In this document: piece by piece, positions 23,219 to 36,102 of the stretch
How the letters are laid out: each line of letters starts with the position of its first letter
How positions within the stretch are numbered: position 1 is the stretch's first letter
Assembly (NCBI RefSeq): GCF_032191835.1
Contig: NC_083224.1
Location: forward strand, 132,556,001 to 132,620,000
DNA length: 64,000 nucleotides
Direction: 5' to 3'
DNA from: Heteronotia binoei
Lineage: Eukaryota
The notes under the pieces: model-generated
Database searches by the model: none
The model's input: only the letters and a program-made list of their open reading frames with translations
What the model was told of the DNA's origin: nothing
Position numbers and translations under genes: made by a program

Positions 23219-23519
23219 AATCTATAATATCTTCAAACATCTCAAATAACATCAATTGTACACAGGTTTACAGAATCCCCCCAGCCCGCCCACCCAGTCA
23301 TCTGGATTCCCCTCTCAAGAGTTGTTTGTCATGCAAAAAGATATTTAGATAATAATGGCCACATACCAGAATTTATTTATATTGGATAAATATTAGTAAG
23401 CTTCAGCAATTACCCAGCAGTGTTACCTTCAAGTATTTTTGAATTTTACAAAAACTAGAATCTTCTCTTTCCCTATGAACACTTTATTTAATTGATTCAG
23501 TTTAAAAATAGGTAGGTGA

Positions 23520-24304
23520 TAGGCTTCCCAATCCCCAGGTCCCAGTGGGGATCCCCCGGTTTTACAGTCTTCCCCCTGCCCCCAGCCAGCTAGCCGGCGG
23601 GGGAATTCCCACTCCCACAGCTACCATGCAGCTCTAGATCTTGGGCAGGTTTAGAAACCTGCAAACAGGTCCATTTCAAAATATGTGTGTGTGTGTCTGT
23701 GTGCCTTTAAAGTTGAGCAGGAAGTACTTCATGGCAAGGGTCAGCAACACAGTCCCTCGGTTTGTTTTGCTTTCGTTTCAGAGCAACTAAGAGTGTGTGT
23801 GTGTGTGTGTGTGTGTGATAGAGAGAGCAGCATAGCCCCTGTTCTTTTCAGATGTTGTTGTGGAGGAACCAGACCCAGTAAGTGTGTGTGTGAGAGAGAG
23901 AGGGTTGCCAATCCCCAGGTTTAGAGTCATCAGAAAGTGGCGGGGGGAATGTCTACTGGGCAATAATTCCCTATGGAGAATGATTCCCTATGTTTTGAGG
24001 TAGAGGCACTACATTTTCAGTATAGCATCTAGTGCCTCTCCCCAAAATACCCCCCAAGTTTCAAAACAATTGGACCAGGGGGTCCAATTCTAAGAGCCCC
24101 AAAAGAAGGTGCCCCTATCCTTCATTATTTCTTACGGGAGGAAGGCATTTAAAAAGGCGCGCTGTTCTTTTAAATGTGATGGCCAGAACTCCCTTGGAGT
24201 TCAATTGTGCTTGCCACACCCTTGCTCCTGGCTCCACCCTCAAAGTCTCCTGGCTCCATCCCCAAAGTCCCCAGATATTTCTTGAATTGGACTTGGCAAC
24301 CCTA
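23520..24304. mobile_element. Composite hAT MITE (TAGGCTTCCCAA / TTGGCAACCCTA ends)
   Basis: Same family as 58305-58824 in the opposite orientation; flanks gtaggtga / gtagagga (6/8); internal extra GGGTTGCCAATCC end and (TG)n/(GA)n tracts. Confidence 0.7.
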
Positions 24305-24499
24305 GTAGAGGAAGGGTTGGTGTTCAGGGCTCCAGTGGCAGATTTTTGGGGAGGTATTTGGAACCATTTCACAAAATCCCTAAAGTGCCCACAGGCTGAA
24401 ATCCTGGAGTAGGGGATGAACTGAATCCCAAACTGCCAATATAGAGCAAAAAAAAAAAAAAAAGTGTACTAGTAGCTCCTAATACATCAGCCCTTCAGT

Positions 24500-25150
24500 T
24501 TGTTGACCCTTGGCCACTTGATCACAGCCTCAAGACCTTCACAGCTGCTTTTGGAGGCTTAGATGGCATTATACAAAGCTAAGTGTCATCCACACATTGG
24601 TGTCAGCCCACTGAGGATCTCAGCCAAAGGTCTTACATACATATTAAAAAGCACATGGGCATCCCAGACATCAGGTCTCAACTAGCTTATTCTCCCTTTC
24701 CTATAGAAATGCTTTGTTTCCTGCCATAAATGAGTGAAATCAACAGAGAGGACTGTCCTTTTTATCCCAAACAAAGATGTCATGCAATCATTCTACCAAA
24801 ATATCATGGTTGTCCTATCAAATGCTGATGATAGGCCTAGAAATATGTAATGTAATGTAATGTAAAATTTTATTTATATCCCGCCCTCCCCCGCCAGAGC
24901 AGGCTCAGGGCGGCTTACAACATTTAAAATGAACAATACAATAATAAAACATTAAAATAAAACAAAAAATATCAGCAGTGGTTGATTACCCTTATCCAAC
25001 TATAGCCAATAATGCCATTTCAGTCTCAAAAGCCTGTCTGCAGTCAGACTGAAATGGGTCAAGAAATGCATCCAGTTGTTTTGCCACAACCTGTTCAAGC
25101 ACCTTGACCAAAAAGGAGAGATTGGACATACGTTTACAATTGCCCACATG
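24500..25150 (-). mobile_element. Old L2 RT fragment with a younger L2 3' tail nested at ~24842-24965
   Basis: Minus-strand HQ.xDDT and SNLSFLVKVLEQVV remnants; nested (AATGT)n plus TTTATTTATATCCCGCC..CTCAGGGCGGCTTACA tail. Confidence 0.65.
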
Positions 25151-25230
25151 CCTCTTATCTAAAATTTGTTTCTTAAGGTCTAATTAAAGTTTGTTTTGGT
25201 TGTGAAGAACACTCCCCTTGAAAGAGGGAC

Positions 25231-25839
25231 TGTAATGATTTGAATTTATATATGTGTGTCCCTTAATTGTGGGTGAGTTGCAGTAGAGAAAGGAGGGTGA
25301 AAGAGGGGGAATAAGTAAGATGATTGGTTGGTTACTGAGAGAGTGTGGGCAGAGCTAAGAAATATGTGTGGAGGGGAGAGAGATAAAGTCAGTCAGCAGC
25401 TAACTCTAAGCAGAGTGACAGCAGTTAATAATCAGTCATGGTCAGTCAGTAATCTACAGTGTCTGAGAAGAAGTCTTTTGTTTAGAATCCCATACTAGTG
25501 CTGTGAAAGGCATTTAGATTCTAGACAAGGAAAGTAGAATACTTTAGAGGACATACTAGATAGACAGCCAAAACCTAATATTGCCAGAGTGTCAGAGTAT
25601 TACAAGTGTGTGAGAAACAGAGGCTGTCAGAAAGTTGAGTTAAGAAGAAAAGGAAGATTTGAGAGTGAGGAGTGTGTGAAGTGAAAGAGTGACACCTCAA
25701 TCAGAAGTAATTATTATTCATTGAAGAATTAAGCTACAAACATCTTGAAACCAATATTCTTATTGTACAAATAAAATTTTATTTTGTTTTATATTATCCT
25801 GGAGTCCTATGATATTAAAATATAAGAGTCTCTTCCTCA
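25231..25839 (+). mobile_element. Probable solo LTR (~610 bp)
   Basis: TGTAATG...CCTCA termini, AATAAA at ~25770, flanks gggac / gggcc (5 bp, 1 mismatch). Confidence 0.55.
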
Positions 25840-25883
25840 GGGCCACATAGTGCAATGAAGAAGTCTTAGAGCTTGAGCACAAT

Positions 25884-26574
25884 TAGGGATGCACAATTTC
25901 TGAAAATTCTGAAGCTCGGAAAAAACCCCAGAAATTTTCAGAAAAATTGAAAAAAAAATGCTACATTAGCACTTTTTTTTTTCTTTTCAGATGAAAGTCA
26001 TTCTGTTACTTTAGGAACATAAAATAGGACTATGGACAATTTTACTTGGTATGAAATGATCACAACTAGCATATTAAAAATATAGTGTATCCAAATAATT
26101 ATTACAAACAGAATGTACTTTTAAAAATATTTATTTGTAATTGTAACAAATGGTTTATGTGGATCAGTCAAAAAACCTCCACAAAACAATTTTTAAAAAT
26201 TCAGAACTAACAATTACTCATATTTTCTCTCCACAGTATTAAATAAAAATAAAAAACTCATTCACATAAAAAGAACTGAAGAGGGGGGAAGTGTATAGAA
26301 GGGAGTGTAGGACTAAGTTTCAATGAATGGGCATGACCTAGGACTTGCTTATCCTCAGTGCATAGCAATTAGAATAATCTGATACTATACATATTTTGTA
26401 GAAATGATTTGGAAAATATTTTAACACTTAAAATAAAATGTTTCATAATAAAAAAAAATTTCTTCAATTTTTTTGGAAAAAAACAAAAAAGGCTTCAGGG
26501 AAAAAACGGGGGGGGGGGAATGTTTTCCCCCCAATTTTTCCCAGTTCCAGTTTTTTTCCAGGCCTTCACATCTC
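25884..26574. mobile_element. Non-autonomous DNA transposon relic (TAGGGATG.. / ..CATCTCTA ends)
   Basis: Imperfect inverted termini with A/T-run subterminal repeats; TSD not found. Confidence 0.4.
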
Positions 26575-27446
26575 TATATAATACGCACAAGCTTTGTTCT
26601 GCAAGTTCAGAAAGTTAACCCTTGTCTATCTACTGCAGCAGCCCAATAACCAGCAAAAACATATTTTTGCCAAGTAAAAACTTCAGTAGCTAATAACTTT
26701 AGAACAGATCTATGTGATAAAACTGCTGGCTGCTGAAGAACACAAATTACCCTCTCACAGATCATTCAGACCCAACAGCAGACTCAGAAGGTAAATGTAA
26801 AGAAGATTCAATATGCTATGAAGTCATATACTCTGCAGTTTTGCACTAAGCAGAAGTCCTTTGTTAGACTCTTTTCCTGTATATGAGTACATTTTCGGTA
26901 TTCCAAACCTGGGGAAAAAGTGCACAGCATGAATATTCCTAAAGACACATTGTACTTTATCCCAAGCCAACCCTAGAAACTCATGACTATCCCATCAGAG
27001 ATTCAAAACATAATCAACAGGAACAAATGTTTGTAGGTTTGCAACAGTACATCCAGATATAACCATTCACATGTTCTGTCTTTTCAGGTATATGTTATAT
27101 GCTTTTTGCATTTTTTTAAGGATGATATTAAACCAAGGTTGAAAAATGCACAACATTAAAGCCATTATCTTCCTCAAGCATATTCTTCTACATTGCCCTA
27201 CATAATGCTGCAGTATCATTAATAGCAGCTATTTCCCAAATGCCCAGGATGCCTACATAAAATAGAATGGCTGATAATGTAACCAGTGGGGCCAAGACAT
27301 ATGCATACAAAAAGCAATGATTCCAGTTCAATTAGCAATACAGATTTTGTCATAATTGCCTTCAAATTTAGTACACCTCTATCACTATCATATTGTGTAT
27401 AAAATGGAAGAGCCATGCATTTTTTTAGATCAGATGGGATAGAAAT

Positions 27447-29146
27447 TCTTTAATATAATAAAAGCCTTTCCATGGTGGCAAAATTGAGCTCCCTCATTGG
27501 TTGGGACTGGGAGGGACTGCAGGGCAACAAGCATTGGCCTGTCCAACTATCAAACAGCACTTGCATGCCAGTGATTCAGTCTGCTCCTCTCTCCTGCCCG
27601 AGTGGCTGTTGCTAGCCAACAAAACTGATTCTCTCAGTGAAACACAACCAACCTTAGTTCCGGCATTACTGGTTATCTCTACTCTCCCATTGGCTGAGAC
27701 ACCTGTCACACTGATTCAGAGCAGAGAAAGAAACCCTAACCTAAATTGGCTGAGAGGAGGAGGAGGAAAACAGCCAGAGAGACACTTTCCTAATTGGCTG
27801 ATTTCCCTATCCTCCTCTGGAAGGGAAAAAATGTTATCAGAAAGAGAGTCTTGGTCTGAAAGGTATTACTACAAGCCTCTGAGAGAGTACTCCTTGAGGC
27901 TAGTCCTGACTACAGCTGCCAGTTTTAGATTGGTGGAGTTTGAGAAGAACATAGAAGTCAGGGCTTCAGAAAGGGGCCTGTCAGACACAGGTTCTTGCTG
28001 TGGAACCTGACTGGGTGATTTCAGACCAGTCATAGTCTTTCAGCCTAACCCACTGCACAGGGTTGTGAAAGAAGAAAGATGTAAGCTGCTTTGTTCCTCC
28101 TCCCACTGTGGAGAAAGACTGTTCTTTCCCTTCGTAGAGGCTGCAGGGAAGGGGAAGGCAATGATCAGCTGAAGTCAGAGGGGAAGATAAATGGAAGAAA
28201 ATATGGTTGACAACTCCAGGTTAGGAAATTCCTGGAGATTTAAGGGTGGAGCCTGGAGAGGGTGGGGTTCGAAGAGGGTACAGGTACAATGTCATTTCAT
28301 GCAAAACCACTGTTGCCAATCTCAGTTGAGGGCTGGAGATCACTCAGAATTACAACTGCTCTCCAGATGGCACAGATCAGCTCCCCTGGAGCTGGAGAAA
28401 ATGGCTGCTTTTCAGGGTGGACTCTGTGACATTGTAACCTGCTGAGGCTGCTTCCCTCTCGCTTTGGTCTCCACTGTGGAGAAAGACTGTCCTTTTCCTG
28501 CCTAGAGAATGCAGGGAGGGGGGAGGGGATGGAAAGTTGAAGTCAGATAAATTCCACTACAGAAAACAGCCACCTTGTGGTGCATATGTTATGGTATACC
28601 ATAACACAGTCAAGCCACACAAAAAAAACCCAGAACATGCTACAAGGTCACACTGATGCTAAACGACACAAGGCTGAATATAACAGGAAACGGTCACAAA
28701 AATTCACTGCAAACAAAAAGAATGCTGAGCTTCAGCGTCTGTGTGACTGTCATCATGCCCCCAGCATGCCTCCCATTCTGGGCCTCTTTCAGGGCTTTGA
28801 GTCACCACAGACACAGGGACACACACATATATGTGGGGTGGGGAAGCCAGCATCTGTTTCAGCTGTGAGGTGGGTGGGAAGTCGGCAAGGGGGGTCAATG
28901 AAAGTAACGGGTGGGGGTAGTGGCATGCTAAGGGTGCAGGGGTAGTTGAGAGGAAGAAGTGGGTGAGGGTGGGTGGTATTCGGATGAGGAGTGGTGATGG
29001 GAAGTTGGGGGTGGGAAGATACTAAGGGTGGAGGAGTGAATGTCTTGACTTGGGTAGGTGGAAAGACAGCAAGGGTGGGGGGCACTCACCCAGAGCCTCT
29101 TTCTAGAGCCCACTGTAATTTTCTTCACAATGGGCATTATTCCTAG
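27447..29146 (+). mobile_element. Non-autonomous Helitron (~1.7 kb) carrying captured repeat fragments
   Basis: 5' TCTTTAATATAATAAAAG; 3' hairpin GCCCACTGT..ACAATGGGC (29108-29135) then CTAG|T; no TSD; the same 3' end recurs at 11821-11865. Confidence 0.65.
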
Positions 29147-30291
29147 TAATATATAAACTGCTCCGTACACTGGTCTCTTATTAAAATGGAAACTTTTTTC
29201 TTTAACAAGCAAAAAACTGGACAAGTTAGAAAAATCCATATTCTCTTTAGATGGTAAAACACTGCATCACACAAACGCCAGTGAACTGTCAGTGATTCTG
29301 ACTGCTATAGCAAAAAGGATAGTTCTAGCACTGCTCACACTATATTCCATCTTCTCTGTTTAAACAGGATAGAGCTACCAATCTATGTCAGCATTTGATG
29401 GTTTCCATATGGGATATTTGCATTCTCAAAGGCAAAAATATATTAACAAATTTGTTAAGATTAACAATACAATACTGCAATGCAACTAGAAATTTCCTGA
29501 AGCACATAATGAAACATTGATTTTCATATCATTGTTTTATTTGGCACAATATTTAATTTTCAGATTTTGACATGAAGTATGTTCCAACAAAAAGACAAGA
29601 ATATCACACAAATTCTGAAGTCCCTTTTTATTTCAAAATGTTAACTAAATTGTGCCCTAAATTGTCTCCTGACAAACATTTAATGCTTTTTTGTGAAAAA
29701 ACTCTAGTTCAGAAATCTGCAATATAATTGATGTAATATTACTTTAAAAACGAAAGCAAAACATTTTAAAAAGAAAATCCAAAATCCTGGGGGATTGGAA
29801 GGTATGGTATTGTACTACTAATGCAAACTATTCACAATGCCAATCTAAGCAGAATTACACCATTTCTGGGATCCAAGATCACTGCAATGGTGACTGTAGC
29901 CATGAAATTAAAAGACGTTTGCTCCTTGGGAGGACAGCTATGGCAAACCTGGGCAGTATAATAAAAAGTAGAGACATCACCCTGCCAACAAAAGTCCGTA
30001 TAGTCAAAGCAATGGTATTCCCAATAGTAATGTATAGCTGTGAGAGTTGGACCATAAGGAAGGCCAAGCGCAGAAGAATAGATGCTTTTTTTTTTTTAAT
30101 TTAAATTTTTTATTAGCATTTTTTAAATAACATAACAATAACCAAAAACTCACCCCAACATGGGGTCCATAACATTGCTTTGCATGTGCCATCCCATTTG
30201 ATATTGTCAGCATATTATTTCAAAAAAGACATCCTCAAGGAGTACATAAAAGTAACATTTCGTAAACCAGTGAATTACATCTAATTCCAGG

Positions 30292-33200
30292 TTAATAAAT
30301 CATAAAATTCATATATTTTGCCGGCAGTTTTCCAAATATAGTATCTGCACTATTCACATAGTTAAGGAAGGAGAACCACTTTTGTAAGAACCCATCTCCT
30401 GCTTTAGTGTCATCTAGTATAGCAATAGTAGTAGTTAGTTTGTCCTGTATCAGGACATCCCACACCTTTGAGCACCAATTCTGGAGTGGAGGCGTTTCTG
30501 GTTGTTTCCAATATGAAGCCAAGGTAATTTTACCTGCAAGCAAAAGTAACGCAACCAGTTCCTGTTTTGTTGTTGAGAGCACCTGGTCGGGCCATAGATT
30601 TAGCAGTACCACTGCAGGGGTACAAGGGATACTAATCCCTATTATTTTTGCTATTATTTCCAGAATAGACTTCCAGAAATCAGTTACCTTGGGACACTCC
30701 CACCAACAGTGGAAGAATGAACCTTGAAGCCCACACCCCTTCCAACAGCGAGGATCGGCCTTCACCCTTGCCTTGAAAAGGTTAAGGGGAGTTGTATACC
30801 ATCTTGCAAGCACTTTATAGTTCTGTAGGCGAAAGTATAATGATTTAGACTTAAATAAAGACGATGCCCAAAGTCGATTCCATTGGTCTTCGTTAATTGA
30901 GATTGCACAGTCCTTTTGCCAGCTATTTTGATGTACAGAGGGGCATTTCCAAGCTTTTTGGTTTAAAAGAATATAAATCATAGAAATAACTCCTTTAACA
31001 GAACTGATACCTTTGTTGATTAATTTCTCAACCGGGTTCAATGGCCTATTATGCATTACAATAGGTATCACCTGGTGTAGCGCATGATGTACTTGTAAGT
31101 ACTGGAACCACGGGATAGTGATCTTGAATTTATTTTCCAATTGGGAGTGGGAACACAATTTGCCATTTATTGTAATGTCAGTTAATTTAAATATATTGTT
31201 TTCCCTCCAGATTTTAAATTGGGACCTGTCTTTACCTGGGGGAAACCAGGATTGACCAAGGAAGGCCATAACTGGGGAAGAGGCCGGTGCAATAGTATTT
31301 CTCCATTGGTCCCAAAGTTGAAGGGTAAATTTTAAAAATGGATTTGAGATATTAAACTCCCTTCTATCTGCTCTCGGGGACCAAATAAATTCGTGTAGAA
31401 GTAAATTGGGCAAGTTGGCCTTTTCAATTTGGATCCATGTAGGGTGGGAGTGCAGTGATGCATACAGAACGATGACTCTCAGTTGTGCGGCCACAAAATA
31501 TTTGTCCAGTAGTGGAGCTGCCAGACCTCCCATATTACCTGGTTTGGTTAATAACGACAGGGCAATTCTGGGTTTGCGATAGTTCCACAGGAAGGATGAC
31601 CACTGTGACTGCCATCGAGAAAGCTCCTTCTTGGGGACAGAAATTGGTAAGTTTTGAAATAAAAACAAAAAGCGTGGTAACAAAAAGGACTTGAGCAGGT
31701 CAATTTTTTCTAGTAAAGAAAAGTTGAGTTTAGACCAGCCAGATAAAGAGGAGGTCATAGATCTTGATAGGGGGCCATAGTTGGCTTGGAATAGATCCTC
31801 CAGTTTCAGTGGAATTTGAATACCTAGATGTCTCCATGATTTGGAGACCCACTTAAAAGGTAGGGAGGATTTTATAAGTGACTGGAGACTTTCAGGAATC
31901 TTAATAGGGTATATTTATGATTTAGTTAGATTTATAGTGAATCCTGAGTGTTTGCCGAATTCTTCCAAGTTTGCTTTAAGATGATTCAATGAGGATAGAG
32001 GATCAGTTAAATAAAACACCATGTCATCTGCGAATAGGCTTATTTTATATTCATATTCATTCACTCGGATGCCAGATATTTTAGATGAGGATCTAGTAGC
32101 GTGGGCAAGAGGCTCTACGGAGAGAGCAAACAATAACGGGGATAGAGGGCAACCTTGTCTGGTGCCTCTATGAAGGTAAAGTTCGTCGGATCTAAATGAG
32201 TTGGTAATTATCTGGGTCGAAGGGGCACTGTATATCGCAGCTATAGTTTTACAAAAGTTTGGGCCAAAATTCATGTATTGCAGTAAAGTCTTCAAGTAGT
32301 CAACCTCCACTTTGTCAAAAGCCTTTTCGGCGTCTAACGAGAAAATCAAAGAGGGGGAAGGGGCCAACTTTGCCAGGTGGATCAGATTTAAAGATTTGCG
32401 GATGTTATCTGTGATGGAACGGCCAGGCATAAAGCCTGCTTGATCAGGATGGATATAATATGTGATGATTTTTTTTAACCGTTCCGCCAACATAGTAGAA
32501 AAAATTTTGAAATCATGATTTAAAACAGAAATGGGACGATAAGATGCAGAGTTAAGCTTGTCCTTACCTTGTTTGGGAATAAGAATAGTTCTGGACTCCA
32601 GCCAACTAGGAGGCAACTGACCGTCCTTCATGACATTGTTGCAGGTCTCAAGGAGGGGGTTTAATAACAAAGATTTAAATAATTTATAAAATTCCGAAGG
32701 GAACCCATCCCTACCAGTAGCTTTATTGTTTTTGATTTTGGAAAGGGCCGCCGTTGGTTCAGTTAAATTGAATGGCCTTTCTAAGAAGTCTGCGTGTTCA
32801 ATTGAGAGGCTTGAGTTAAAATTAATTGATCTTAAATAGTTTTCAATATTCTGACAAGTGGGTTTTCCAGATTCATAAAGCTTCTTATGGTAGTCAAAGA
32901 AAGTCTTTGAAATTTCTTTAGAAGACGTATGGAGGGTTCCCTTAGAGTCTCTTATCGCATGAATGGAGTTTGTGGGGCTTTTTTGGGCAATACAAAATTT
33001 CAAATATCTAATTGATTTGGAGGTTTTTGTAAGATACTTGTGCTTAAGATATATAGATGACTTCTGTATGGAGGAAGACTCCAGCAATTCTAGTTGCTTT
33101 CTAGCTTGGTCCAATTTTCTTAAAGTTCTGTTTCCCCCAAACTTTTGATGTCTATTTTGGAGTTCTGCAATACGTGAATTCAAATCAGTTATGGTTTTCC

Positions 33201-34134
33201 TGCGAGCTTTATTACACGCAGATGCAATAGATATGAGATTCCCTCTCATGACGGCTTTAAAAGCGTCCCATACAATCGTTTGAGGGGCCCCACAGTTAGT
33301 GTTAAATTCAAAGTACGTCTGATTTTGTTGTTCTATCTTCAGACGTATTTCTTCCCTGGATAGCAGTAGCTTATTTAAAGACCAATTAGGGCCCTTTCCA
33401 TCAGAGTCCTGGGCTGACAGCTCACATTCTAGCAATGAATGGTCAGAGATACTCCTAATATCATATTCGATATTTGCTATGCAATGTATTAAAGACTGTG
33501 ATACAAGTATGAAGTCTATTCTTGAATAGGAGTTATGCACCGGAGAAAAAAAAGAATAATCTCTGGTTTTAGGGTGGAGATTACGCCACGTGTCTATTAG
33601 GTGGAATTCATTGAGAATCATACCCAGATTTGAAGAAGGAGAGGTCTGGCTCCTTACCGCTCTATGTTGGTTGGATTTGTCCAAGATTGGGTCTAACACC
33701 AAATTGAGGTCTCCACCAACTAGCACATTGCCTTCCTGAAATGCTTGTAGCTCTATGAGCGTATTTTTAAGAAAGTCAGTCTGGCCAGAATTAGGGGCAT
33801 AGATTGAGGCCATTGTAGTTGTTATCCCATCTAGTGTGCCTTTGATGAATATGAATCTGCCCATAGGGTCAAGTTTTGTTTGAGAGCAGACGAAGGGAGT
33901 GTTTTTAGAGATCAGAATAGCTACCCCTCTTGCTTTGGAGGTACCAGGAGCCTGGAATGACTGGGAAAACCACCGTGATTTGAAAATGTTGATGTGTTTT
34001 TCCTTGATGTGGGTTTCCTGCAAGCATACAATATTAAGTTTTTTCCTTTCCAAATAATTGGCTATACGTTTGCGTTTTATAGGGTTATGAAACCCTCGAC
34101 AATTCCATGTAGCTATTTTGATGTGATCGGCCAT
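30292..34134 (-). pseudogene. L1 ORF2 (APE endonuclease, RT, C-terminal CCHC), 1280 codons with one in-frame TAA at 31915-31917
   Basis: ORFs 31915-34134 and 30292-31758 share a frame and the 52 codons between them are open; motifs WNCRG, LQETH, GGDLN, SDH, GTRQGCPLSP, FADD, CWKGC..HCWWEC. Confidence 0.95.
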
Positions 34135-34271
34135 GCAGCAATATTACTGTTAACAGGGGCTAGTTGCCCAAATATTAAACAACAATTAATAAATAAAAAA
34201 TAATATTTCAATTAACCCTTAGGAACACCAGGTAGAGCACCAATTGAAAAGGGCTCCACCCAACAGCTAAA

Positions 34272-34272
34272 T

Positions 34273-34307
<35 letters not shown>

Positions 34308-34348
34308 ACACGTACACACATATATATATATATACATATATATACACA
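34272..34348. repeat. (TA)n/(CA)n microsatellite in the L1 inter-ORF region
   Basis: Direct reading. Confidence 0.95.
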
Positions 34349-36102
34349 TCAAAAGTGCCAAGAGGCTAACAGGAAATAAAACCCAGTTAGAAAAAAAAAA
34401 CAAAAAAACCCCTATTTTTAACAGAGGCACCCCAGCCCCCAAGACCACACCAGCACCGATAACTAGTGCTGATGCTTGAAAACGTAGTGAGGTTATGCTA
34501 ACTCTAGAAACAAAAACAAAACAAGAACAAACACTTTCCCCTCCTTCGGGGATCAGTTTCACCAACCCCCTAACTTAAGGAGAACAAGGGAGAAATACTG
34601 TAGGTACTCCCTTTAAGTGAAACCTCTTGGCTAGTTAAGGAGAGCAATTGTAGCTGTATTTTCAGATACACACACTTATTAAACCTACTCCATCACACCC
34701 CAAGATTGTAGTATATAAGATTCAACCAAACTCTTGCTCCAGTGGGACCAGAACAGGAACATCAAATATGAGTTAAAAAAGAAAATCAACTGTACAAATA
34801 TAAACATTTAACTTTTGCTGGATAACTCCTAATGGATTGGTAGATAGGAAAAATAGGTCAAAGCATTTAGTAAGGCACTTAGTAGAACAAGAGTTGAGAT
34901 ATAATATATACAGCCTTTATAACTCAATAATACCATCCTTCGTTCATTTTATCTATATGTACCCCATTGAGTAACTTTTAAATTTTATATAACAATCGCA
35001 CCAATCATCTAACAATCACACACTGACAACCTAATTACACCACTCTATTCCATGCGTCCAGCTCAGGAACTACCATCACTAAACAGAATTAATAAAAAAC
35101 AATCACATCTTAACATCCACTCATAACCACTCAAAGCCAGTCATCAAAGTCAATTATTACCCACATAACACACTCTCATCCACACGCGCTTGCTATTACA
35201 CACACTAATGGTCCACTCAGTTTCAAAACAATCCCATATCTGTGCCCAGTCACCCATAAATCAGTTTGCTCCCAAACATACACCCAACAACTCATACAAA
35301 CCCCACCAATTCATTTATTAACACATAATATCCTTTCTAACAGCTACTAGTATGACTGAACAAAATAGCTAGAACTGTCCGCGGCTCCTTTTAGAAATCG
35401 CAAACCACGCACACGTCCAGGATCACAACATAGACATGACTGCAACCCAGAAGCCTCCGTATAGCATATAGTGGACCTTTGAAGAGCGAGATTCGCGTAT
35501 GCTCCCAGGATGACGACCTATTTGCGACTGAGGATCGGATGACTCTGTAGCTTGAGGCCAATCTATGTAATCTTCGCTCGACAGCTTTCCTCTGGTGAAG
35601 TCGTCTTTCGCAGCTTGAAAAAAATCCATTAAAAAGTTTCGCGCTAACCAACAGCCTTTCCCCTTTTAGCACTTACCCACTCACATTTACTAACCAACAT
35701 TCACCCCATCACACCACTCTAACCCCTTTCAGACGCCAATCAAACATAGACCTTCACCACTCACCCACCGAACAAACACCCCCCCTTCACTAAGTCACAC
35801 ACACACCATCCACTTCGGTCACAGCCGCTATAGCGACACCTTGTGGCTATGCTTCTCTGCAACCTCGAACATTGTTGGCCCTATAAAAGCACCGTGCAGA
35901 TTTTCAGGGACGCTATAGATCCAACAGGGGTTCCAATACAAATGTTTAAGGCGCCTAAAAAAAGGCAAAACTCTTCAAAATTTAACGGCTCTAAAGAAGA
36001 GCCGCGCAAATTCTCTAAGACACCATAAAACCAATAGGAGTTCAAAAACAAACGCTCATGGCTCCTAAAAAAGCAAAACCCTTTAACTTGCAGCCAGACC
36101 GT

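Noticed and set aside
26761-26790. Plus-strand 30-nt exon-like segment (cacag ATCATTCAG..CAGAAG gtaaat)
   Set aside because: It is antisense to the host gene, the peptide DHSDPTADSE is not recognisable, and there are no partner exons.
27501-28010. 169-aa ORF as a captured gene
   Set aside because: No recognisable domain, low-complexity composition, and it lies in non-autonomous repeat sequence.
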